Origin: Rhodobacter capsulatus SB 1003
Lineage (GTDB): Bacteria > Pseudomonadota > Alphaproteobacteria > Rhodobacterales > Rhodobacteraceae
Direction: 5' to 3'
Assembly (NCBI RefSeq): GCF_000021865.1
Contig: NC_014034.1
Location: 2,670,001-2,702,000 of the forward strand
Length of the DNA: 32,000 nucleotides
Shown here: one piece after another, positions 19,606 through 26,018 of the stretch
How the letters are laid out: each line of letters begins with the position of its first letter
How positions within the stretch are numbered: position 1 is the stretch's first letter
Program-made: the position numbers and the translations under genes
The notes under the pieces: generated by a model
Told to the model about the DNA's origin: nothing
Seen by the model: the letters and a program-made list of their open reading frames with translations, nothing else
Databases searched by the model: none

Positions 19606-19677
19606 GCACCGCAAAGGTGCAAAGTGACCGTGCACCGCAAGGGTGCAAAGTGACGAAGCACCGCAAGGTGCTGACCC
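19606..19677 (+). repeat. Three tandem ~26-nt units, each forming a GCACC-loop-GGTGC mini-hairpin
   Basis: Unit 1 is gcaccgcaaaggtgcaaagtgaccgt. Unit 2 is gcaccgcaagggtgcaaagtgacgaa. Unit 3 is gcaccgcaaggtgc-tgaccc (truncated). Loops GCAAA/GCAAG/GCAA are GNRA-like on the + strand. They lie in a 446-bp non-coding gap. Confidence 0.85.
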
Positions 19678-19700
19678 ATCCGGCCGCGCGAGGCGGCCTT

Positions 19701-19738
19701 GGGGCGACGTGGCCTCCTCCTCCCTGCCACGTCGCCCC
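19701..19738 (+). ncRNA. Candidate sRNA stem-loop with anti-Shine-Dalgarno-like CCUCCUCCUCCC loop (cuckoo/CcsR-like motif)
   Basis: Perfect 12-bp stem GGGGCGACGTGG / CCACGTCGCCCC enclosing the 14-nt loop CCTCCTCCTCCCTG. Preceded by hairpin GGCCGC-GCGAG-GCGGCC (19682..19698). Strand is inferred from loop content. Transcript ends are unknown. Confidence 0.35.
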
Positions 19739-19780
19739 GACGATTAATGGGCCCCGACGATTCTCGGGCCAAGACTGCTC

Positions 19781-20230
19781 TCAGCGTCGGGCGGCGAAGA
19801 ACTCCTTCAGAAGCTTTTCGGCAGGTTCGGCGGCGATGCCGTCATAGACCTCGGGGACATGGTGGCATTGCGGATGCGCGAAGATCCGCGGCCCCTGCGC
19901 CACGCCGCCCGATTTCGGATCCCCCGCCCCGTAATAAAGCCGCGCGATGCGGGCGTTCGCCAGCGCCGCGGCACACATCGGACAGGGTTCGAGCGTCACG
20001 TAAAGGTCGTGCCCCGCCAGCCGCTCGGAGCCCAAAGCCGCGCAAGCCGCGCGAATCGCAAGGATTTCCGCATGCGCCGTGGGGTCGTTCAGCTCGCGCG
20101 TGCGGTTGCCCGCGCGGGCGATCACCCGGCCGTCGGGGGCAACGATCACCGCGCCCACCGGCACCTCGCCGCGCCTCGCGGCGGCCTCGGCCTCGGCCAG
20201 GGCGGCCTGCATGTGGCTTTTGAACTGCAT
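19781..20230 (-). CDS. tadA: tRNA adenosine(34) deaminase
   Basis: 149 aa. CDA zinc motifs HAE (TAHAEILAIR) and PCPMC. Confidence 0.92.
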   Translation of the reverse strand: MQFKSHMQAALAEAEAAARRGEVPVGAVIVAPDGRVIARAGNRTRELNDPTAHAEILAIRAACAALGSERLAGHDLYVTLEPCPMCAAALANARIARLYYGAGDPKSGGVAQGPRIFAHPQCHHVPEVYDGIAAEPAEKLLKEFFAARR

Positions 20231-20349
20231 CGCCTTTCATCGCCCGCAAAGCTTTCCCGATCAAGCCGCTTTCCAAACCGGCGCAAGAGGTGTAGGAAGG
20301 CCCCTTCGCCCGCGATGGTCGCGCGCCCCCTCCCCCTGAAGGATCGGTC

Positions 20350-22134
20350 ATGAACGATATTCACGAAACCCCCGCCCAGACTCTGACTGCCGATACGGCC
20401 GAACGCATCGCCAAGGTGATTGCGCGCTCGGGCGTCGCCTCGCGCCGCGATGCGGAAAAGATGATCCTTGCGGGCCGGGTGACGGTGAACGGCAAGAAGG
20501 TCGACAGCCCCGCGCTGGATGTGAAACCCGCGGACAAGGTGGCGATCGACGGCAAGCCGATCGACGCGCCGCAGGAAACCCGGCTCTGGCTTTACTACAA
20601 GCCGCTGGGCCTTGTGACGACCGAGAAGGACGAACAGGGCCGGCGCACGATTTTCGACGAGATGCCCGAGGAAATGCCGCGGGTGCTGAATGTCGGCCGG
20701 CTTGACCTCAATTCCGAGGGGCTGCTTTTGCTGACCAATGACGGCGGGCTGAAGCGGCGGCTCGAGCTGCCGGAAACCGGCTGGCTGCGCAAATACCGCG
20801 TGCGGGTGAACGGCCGCCCGACGACCGAGACCTTTGATCCCTTGCGCCGCGGCATCACCATCGACGGCGAGGATTTCCAGCCGATGGAAGTCAGCCTTGA
20901 CCGCCAGCAGGGCGCCAATGCCTGGCTGACCGTCGGCATCCGCGAGGGCAAGAACCGCGAGATCCGCCGCGCCATGGGCGAGGTCGGCATGACGGTGAAC
21001 CGGCTGATCCGGGTCAGCTACGGCCCGTTCCGGCTCAATGACATGGAACCGGGTGCCGTGGTCGAGGTGAAACGCAAGATGCTGCGCGACCAGCTGGGCG
21101 ACCGGCTTTTGCTGGGGGTCGAGGATGGCAAGCCGCCGCGGTCGGAACGGATGGCGCCGAAGCCCGGGGCCCGCAGACCGCGCCCCGAGGGCGGCGAGGG
21201 CGAGGAGCGCAAGGGCTTTGGCCGTCAGCGCGATTTCGCCGGGGCGGAGGGCGATCGCAAGCCGAAGTCCTTCGGCATGAAATCGCATCGCGAGGAGGGC
21301 GAGCGCAAACCCTTCGCGCGGCGCGAGGACGGCGAGCGGAAGCCCTATGCGCGTCGTGAAGACGGCGACCGCAAGCCCTACGCCCCGCGCGATGGCGAGA
21401 AGAAACCCTACGCGCGTCGCGAAGACGGCGACCGCAAGCCCTATGCGCCCCGCGATGGCGAGAAGAAGCCCTATTCGCGTCGCGAAGACGGCGACCGCAA
21501 GCCCTACGCCCCGCGCGACGGCGAGCGGAAGCCCTACGCCCGTCGTGAAGACGGCGACCGCAAGCCCTATGCGCCCCGCGATGGCGAGAAGAAGCCCTAT
21601 GCGCGTCGCGAAGACGGCGACCGCAAGCCCTACGCCCCGCGCGACGGCGAGCGGAAGCCCTACGCCCGTCGTGAAGACGGCGACCGCAAGCCCTACGCGC
21701 CCCGCGATGGCGAGAAGAAACCCTACGCGCGTCGCGAAGATGGTGACCGCAAGCCCTACGCGCCCCGCGATGGCGAGAAGAAACCCTACGCGCGTCGTGA
21801 AGACGGCGACCGCAAGCCCTACGCCCCGCGCGACGGCGAGAAGAAACCCTATGCGCGTCGCGAGGATGGTGACCGCAAGCCCTACGCGCCCCGCGATGGC
21901 GAGAAGAAACCCTATGCGCGTCGTGAGGATGGCGACCGCAAGCCCTATGCCCCGCGCGATGGCGAAGCGGGCAAATCCTTCGGGCCGCGCGGCGGCAAGC
22001 TCGGTTTCAAATCCGAGGGCTTCAAAAGCCACGGCGGCAAACCCGGCGGCAAACCGCGCTCGGAAGGGTTCAAAAGCCACGCGGGCGGCGACAAGCGCCC
22101 CTTCGGCGGCAAGCCCGGCCCGAAACGCGGCTGA
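20350..22134 (+). CDS. rluB: 23S rRNA pseudouridine synthase B (RsuA/RluB family) with long repetitive charged C-terminal tail
   Basis: S4 domain (RIAKVIARSGVASRRDAEKMILAGRVTVNGK). Catalytic block VGRLDLNSEGLLLLTNDG. REGKNREIRR. From about residue 300 onward there is a low-complexity K/R/D/E/P/Y tail with tandem repeats. Confidence 0.9.
   Translation: MNDIHETPAQTLTADTAERIAKVIARSGVASRRDAEKMILAGRVTVNGKKVDSPALDVKPADKVAIDGKPIDAPQETRLWLYYKPLGLVTTEKDEQGRRTIFDEMPEEMPRVLNVGRLDLNSEGLLLLTNDGGLKRRLELPETGWLRKYRVRVNGRPTTETFDPLRRGITIDGEDFQPMEVSLDRQQGANAWLTVGIREGKNREIRRAMGEVGMTVNRLIRVSYGPFRLNDMEPGAVVEVKRKMLRDQLGDRLLLGVEDGKPPRSERMAPKPGARRPRPEGGEGEERKGFGRQRDFAGAEGDRKPKSFGMKSHREEGERKPFARREDGERKPYARREDGDRKPYAPRDGEKKPYARREDGDRKPYAPRDGEKKPYSRREDGDRKPYAPRDGERKPYARREDGDRKPYAPRDGEKKPYARREDGDRKPYAPRDGERKPYARREDGDRKPYAPRDGEKKPYARREDGDRKPYAPRDGEKKPYARREDGDRKPYAPRDGEKKPYARREDGDRKPYAPRDGEKKPYARREDGDRKPYAPRDGEAGKSFGPRGGKLGFKSEGFKSHGGKPGGKPRSEGFKSHAGGDKRPFGGKPGPKRG
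21340..21969 (+). repeat. Ten in-frame tandem copies of a 63-bp (21-aa) unit inside rluB
   Basis: The unit KPYARREDGDRKPYAPRDGE(K/R) occurs 10 times. Variation is almost only at synonymous or K/R positions. Degenerate copies precede it at about 21301..21339. Each unit is itself two related KPYA half-units (11 + 10 aa). Confidence 0.95.
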
Positions 22135-22163
22135 GCCCGCGCAACGCCCCCTTCAAACCCGGC

Positions 22164-22192
22164 CCGGTTGCGCCTACCTTGAGCGCAACCGG
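22164..22192 (+). other. 10-bp perfect stem-loop between rluB and the sORF/xpaC-like genes
   Basis: CCGGTTGCGC (22164..22173) and GCGCAACCGG (22183..22192) with a 9-nt loop CTACCTTGA. No T-tract. It ends 9 nt before the GGAGGG SD of the sORF. Confidence 0.6.
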
Positions 22193-22209
22193 CAACCGGC
22201 GGAGGGCCC

Positions 22210-22293
22210 ATGTCGCGCAAGACCATGCAAACCATCGCTTTCGGACTGCTTCTGGCGCTGATCTTCTCGGTCGCGCTGAAAGGCACGGTCTGA
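22210..22293 (+). CDS. Candidate 27-aa single-TM small protein (not in ORF track)
   Basis: The ORF atg tcg cgc aag acc atg caa acc atc gct ttc gga ctg ctt ctg gcg ctg atc ttc tcg gtc gcg ctg aaa ggc acg gtc tga encodes MSRKTMQTIAFGLLLALIFSVALKGTV. GGAGGG lies at 22201..22206. About 21 of 26 third positions are G/C. Its stop is 1 nt before the xpaC-like ATG. Confidence 0.45.
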   Translation: MSRKTMQTIAFGLLLALIFSVALKGTV

Positions 22294-22294
22294 C

Positions 22295-23206
22295 ATGGCG
22301 CAGCGTTTCGGCGGCAAATATTCGCCCCGGCCCGGGGCGCCCACGCCGGGCTTTCCCGGCGTCGCCCCCGACCGGCTGCCAGATCCCGCGCCGCGCCACC
22401 GGCTGGCAGGCCGCCCGGCCTGGCTGGTCTTTGCGGCCTTCCCCTTTCTTTTCAATGCGTTCGGCGATGGCCCCCTGGCGCTTGCGCGCAATCTTGGCGC
22501 CTTTGCCACGATCGGCCTGGCCGCCTTTCTGCTGCGCGAGGGGCTGAAGGCCGAGGCCGCCTGGGACGCCCGCAAGACCGCCCGCCGCCCCGCCCTGCCG
22601 CGCAAGGCCCTGGGGTCGGTGCTGCTGGGGGCGGGGCTGGCCGCGGGGGCGCAGGCGCCCGAACTTGGCCTGATCGGCACGGGGGTCGTGGCCGCCGTGG
22701 GCCTGGCGCTTGGCCTGATCGGCTTCGGCCTTGATCCGATGCAGGACAAGGGGATGGAAGGGGTCGACGCGTTTCAGCAAGACCGCGTCGCGAAAGTGGT
22801 GGCCGAGGGCGAAAAGCACCTGACCGCCCTGCGCGAAGCCATCGCCCGGATCGACGACGCACGGCTGACCGCCCGGACCGAGGCCTTTGCCGCCTCGGCC
22901 CGCGGGCTGTTTCGCGCCGTCGAGGATGACCCGGGCGATCTGACCGCGGCGCGGCGCTACATGACCGTCTATCTGCAGGGCGCCCGCGACGCCGGGGTGA
23001 AATTCGCCGATCTCTGGGCGGGCAACCGCGACGAAACCGCCCGGGCCGCCTTCGAATCGCTGCTTGATGATCTGGAGGCGAATTTCACCGCCCGCACCCG
23101 GGCGCTGCTGGAAAGCGGCCGCGAGGGGCTGGAGATCGAAATCGAGGTCCTGCGCGACCGGCTGGCCCGCGACGGCGTGATCAGCGCCCCCGGAAGCGAC
23201 CTCTGA
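22295..23206 (+). CDS. XpaC-like (5-bromo-4-chloroindolyl phosphate hydrolysis family) membrane protein
   Basis: 303 aa. N-terminal hydrophobic helices (AWLVFAAFPFLF, LGAFATIGLAAFLL, VVAAVGLALGLIGFGL) followed by a helical C-terminal domain (ARRYMTVYLQGARDAGVKFADL...). The family call rests on recalled similarity and on synteny with telA. Confidence 0.6.
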   Translation: MAQRFGGKYSPRPGAPTPGFPGVAPDRLPDPAPRHRLAGRPAWLVFAAFPFLFNAFGDGPLALARNLGAFATIGLAAFLLREGLKAEAAWDARKTARRPALPRKALGSVLLGAGLAAGAQAPELGLIGTGVVAAVGLALGLIGFGLDPMQDKGMEGVDAFQQDRVAKVVAEGEKHLTALREAIARIDDARLTARTEAFAASARGLFRAVEDDPGDLTAARRYMTVYLQGARDAGVKFADLWAGNRDETARAAFESLLDDLEANFTARTRALLESGREGLEIEIEVLRDRLARDGVISAPGSDL

Positions 23207-23210
23207 CCGC

Positions 23211-23245
23211 GCGCGTTTCCCGCCCGGAAACGCGCCGTTCTTTTC
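23211..23245 (+). terminator. Rho-independent terminator after the xpaC-like gene
   Basis: GCGCGTTTCC-CGCCC-GGAAACGCGC (10-bp stem) followed by CGTTCTTTTC. Confidence 0.8.
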
Positions 23246-23336
23246 AAACCGCCCATTTTCCCGGCAGTTTTCGCAGCTTGGCCACAAAACGGCCGCACCG
23301 GAGGGCGAGTCTGGCCCCCCGTGTCAAAGGTGTCCC

Positions 23337-23879
23337 ATGGTCGAGACCGCCCCGCCGCCCCGCCTGCTTGCCGCCGCTCTTGCGCGGCTGGCGCAATGTC
23401 CCCGCCTTCTGCTCGGCCCGCTACATGCCACCCTGGCGCTGCGCCAAAGGCCCGGGCCGCTGGCGCCGCTCGCCCCCGCCAAGCATCTGGCCGAGGGCGG
23501 CGATCTGCCTGCGGCGGTGAAGCTGCGGATGACCGAGGTGCACCGGCAATTGCGCCGCCTTGCGCCGGAGCTGCTGCCCGTCTTCGCCGAATGCCGCGCC
23601 GCGCAGCTGCGGCTCCTGCATGATCAGCCCGGCCGCGCCCCCGAGGCCCGGCGCGAGGCCGAAACCGCCCTGATCGGCGCGCTGGTGCAGATCGAGGCCG
23701 CCACGCGCAAACTTTCGGTTGTCCTTCCCGAGACGACGAAGGAATATGCCCTTGGCAACTACGCCGACACGCTCGAAAAAGTCACGGGCGAGACGCTGGA
23801 TTGCCTGATTGCGCTGCGTGCCCGGACCAGGGGTGCTCTGCGTGGGGTGCAGATCGGGGGCGAGGTCGATCGGGCCTGA
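23337..23879 (+). CDS. Hypothetical protein (no family recognised), first gene of the telA operon
   Basis: 180 aa. Strong G/C third-position bias in this frame, while the antisense ORF 23421..23930 is Arg/Gly-rich junk. The C-terminal half looks alpha-helical (EAETALIGALVQIEAATRKL...). The start is uncertain because the SD before ATG 23337 is weak. Confidence 0.5.
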   Translation: MVETAPPPRLLAAALARLAQCPRLLLGPLHATLALRQRPGPLAPLAPAKHLAEGGDLPAAVKLRMTEVHRQLRRLAPELLPVFAECRAAQLRLLHDQPGRAPEARREAETALIGALVQIEAATRKLSVVLPETTKEYALGNYADTLEKVTGETLDCLIALRARTRGALRGVQIGGEVDRA

Positions 23880-23899
23880 CACTGCCCCAAGGGGGGACC

Positions 23900-25066
23900 A
23901 TGACCGAGACCGTCCGCGCCGAAGCCGCAAAGGCGCTTGCCGAGATCGAAACCGTGACCGCGACGCCTTTGGCCGAGCCCGCCCCGCCGCCGGTGCCGCT
24001 GGCCGAAGCCGCCCCGCCCGTGGCCGAGGCGATCCGCGCCCGGATGGCGGAAATCGACCTGCGCGACAGCGGCTCGATCACCCAGTTCGGCACCAAGGCG
24101 CAGGTGGAATTGCAGGCGATCTCGCAGGAGATGCTGGCCGATGTCCGCGCCAAGGATCTGGGCGCGGCGGGCGACAGCCTTTCGGCGCTGGTGACGACGA
24201 TCCGCGGTTTCTCCGAGGAGGAACTGGACGTGCGCCGCGAACGCTCGCTTTGGGACCGGCTGACCGGCCGCGCCGCGCCGTTTGCGAAATTCGTCGCCCG
24301 CTACGAAGAGGTGCAGGGCCAGATCGACAGCATCACCGATGCGCTTCTGGGCCATGAACAGCGGCTGCTGGTCGATATCAAGGCGCTCGATCGGCTTTAC
24401 GAGAAGACCCTGAAATTCTACGACGAACTGGCGCTTTACATCGCCGCGGGCGAGGCGAAGATCGCCGAGACCGACCGCGCCGACATCCCCGCCAGGGAAG
24501 CCGCGCTGGCCGCCGCCCCCGAGGCCGACAAGATGCTGCGCGCGCAGGAGCTGCGCGATCTGCGCGCGGCGCGCGACGATCTGGAACGGCGCGTGCATGA
24601 TCTGAAGCTGACGCGACAGGTGACGATGCAGTCGCTGCCCTCGATCCGGCTGGTGCAGGAAAACGACAAGAGCCTGATCACCAAGATCAATTCGACGCTC
24701 GTCAACACCGTGCCGCTGTGGGAAACGCAGCTGGCGCAGGCGGTGACGATCCAGCGCTCGGCCGATGCGGCGAAAGCGGTGAAGGAGGCGGCCGATCTGA
24801 CGAACGCGCTGCTGGCGGCCAATGCCAAGACCCTGCGCGAGGCCAATGCGACGGTGCGCACGGAAATGGAGCGCGGCGTTTTCGACATCGCGGCGATCCG
24901 CGGCGCCAATGCCGAGCTGATCGCGACGATCGAGGACAGTCTGCGCATCGCCGACGAGGGCAAGCGGCACCGCGCCGAGGCCGAGGCGGAACTGGTCACG
25001 CTGGAAGCCACGCTGCGCGAGACGCTGTCTTCGGCCCGGGCCAAGCCGGTGCAGGGCAAGGAATGA
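23900..25066 (+). CDS. telA: TelA-family toxic anion resistance protein
   Basis: Start set to ATG 23900 (AGGGGGGA SD). About 388 aa, long coiled-coil-like. Characteristic TelA blocks: ITQFGTKAQ, LLVDIKALDRLYEKTLKFYDEL.YIAAGE, MQSLPSIRLVQENDKSLI.KINST. Confidence 0.85.
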   Translation: MTETVRAEAAKALAEIETVTATPLAEPAPPPVPLAEAAPPVAEAIRARMAEIDLRDSGSITQFGTKAQVELQAISQEMLADVRAKDLGAAGDSLSALVTTIRGFSEEELDVRRERSLWDRLTGRAAPFAKFVARYEEVQGQIDSITDALLGHEQRLLVDIKALDRLYEKTLKFYDELALYIAAGEAKIAETDRADIPAREAALAAAPEADKMLRAQELRDLRAARDDLERRVHDLKLTRQVTMQSLPSIRLVQENDKSLITKINSTLVNTVPLWETQLAQAVTIQRSADAAKAVKEAADLTNALLAANAKTLREANATVRTEMERGVFDIAAIRGANAELIATIEDSLRIADEGKRHRAEAEAELVTLEATLRETLSSARAKPVQGKE

Positions 25067-26010
25067 CGCAAGGTCAAAGACTTGCGGCGCTTTTCGCGCT
25101 GACCACGGCGCTTTCGGGCTGCTTTTTCGAGACCGACAAGGGCGGGCTTGACCGCTCTCCGCGGCCTGCGCCCGCACCGCCCGCGCCGGTCTCGGTCAGC
25201 CCGCGCAGCGCCGAAAGTCTGGCCGTCGAGACCTATTACCGTCAGGTCGAAACGACGCTGCGCAGCCGCGGGCTGATGCGCGTCGATGTTGCGCCCCGCG
25301 ATGCGCCCTTTGCCACGCATCAGCTGATCGAGAATTTCATCCATATCGCGCTTTACGACGAATATTCCGCCTTTGGAGGCACTTACATCGCGCAGACCCG
25401 GGCCTCGCGGCTGCGCCGCTGGGAGGTTCCGGTGCGGATGTCGGTCAGTTTCGGCGATTCTGTGCCGCTGGCGCAGCGCGCCCGGGACCGGGCGATGATC
25501 TCGGCCTATGCGGGCCAGCTGGCCACCGCGACGCGCCATCCGGTTTCGGTCGTCAGCGAGGCGGCGAATTTCGACGTGCTGGTGGTGAACGAGGACGAAC
25601 GCCGCGCCCTCGCCCCGCGGCTGATGCAGCTGGTGCCCGGCATCGACGCCGCCTCGGTCACGGCGATCACCAACCTTGCGCCCTCGACCTTCTGTGTCGT
25701 CTTCGCCTTCTCGGCGGGCGACGCGCCTGCCTACAACCATGCGGTCGCGGTGATCCGCGCCGAACATCCCGACCTGATGCGGCGGTCCTGCGTGCATGAG
25801 GAACTGGCGCAAGGTCTTGGACTTGCGAATGATTATCCGAATGCGCGGCCCTCGGTCTTCAATGACGACGAGGAATTCGCGCTGCTGACCCGGCATGACG
25901 AGCTGTTGCTGCGGATGCTTTATGACCCGCGCCTGCGCCCCGGCATGACCGAGGCCGAAGCGCGGCCGATCATCACCGACATCGCCACCGAACTGACCGG
26001 CGGCAGCTAG
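25063..26010 (+). CDS. DUF2927-family lipoprotein (putative periplasmic metallopeptidase-like)
   Basis: Start ATG 25063 overlaps the telA TGA (ATGA). Lipobox LSGC. Conserved CVHEELAQGLGLANDY (HExxxQ..G) block typical of the Rhodobacterales DUF2927 family as I recall it. Confidence 0.7.
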   Translation: MTQGQRLAALFALTTALSGCFFETDKGGLDRSPRPAPAPPAPVSVSPRSAESLAVETYYRQVETTLRSRGLMRVDVAPRDAPFATHQLIENFIHIALYDEYSAFGGTYIAQTRASRLRRWEVPVRMSVSFGDSVPLAQRARDRAMISAYAGQLATATRHPVSVVSEAANFDVLVVNEDERRALAPRLMQLVPGIDAASVTAITNLAPSTFCVVFAFSAGDAPAYNHAVAVIRAEHPDLMRRSCVHEELAQGLGLANDYPNARPSVFNDDEEFALLTRHDELLLRMLYDPRLRPGMTEAEARPIITDIATELTGGS

Positions 26011-26018
26011 GAGGACCC

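Noticed and set aside
18402-19677. Repeat array plus downstream nudC as a type III toxin-antitoxin-like arrangement (tandem RNA repeats, U-rich tract, then an enzyme gene on the minus strand)
   Set aside because: NudC is a conserved housekeeping Nudix enzyme, not a ToxN/AbiE-type toxin. There are only about 2.5 repeats, roughly 270 nt from the gene, and loop content favours the opposite strand. This is pure speculation.
19335-19780. ORFs in the nudC-tadA gap (19349..19627+, 19506..19847+, 19445..19666-, 19467..19772-), and a search for a DUF1127/CcaF-like ORF upstream of the CCUCC hairpin
   Set aside because: The products are low-complexity and basic, run through hairpin repeats or into antisense tadA, and lack SDs. 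No RRxL..LDDRxL.DIG-type DUF1127 motif appears in any frame. The region is treated as non-coding.
21340-21969. Regular 63-bp repeats considered as a possible CRISPR-like or satellite array
   Set aside because: There are no unique spacers. The repeats are contiguous, in frame, and translated as part of rluB.
20146-22080. 644-aa minus-strand ORF with repeated GLAVAVFATRIGLLLAIAGR hydrophobic units (looks like a repetitive membrane protein)
   Set aside because: It is the reverse complement of the rluB tandem repeats and catalytic domain. The + strand frame has clear RluB motifs and an SD-preceded ATG.
22070-23287. 405-aa minus-strand ORF and 22179..22547 + ORF overlapping the xpaC-like gene
   Set aside because: The products are Arg/Gly/Pro-rich with no motifs. 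The 22295..23206 + frame has TM helices, strong GC3 bias, a terminator and synteny with telA.
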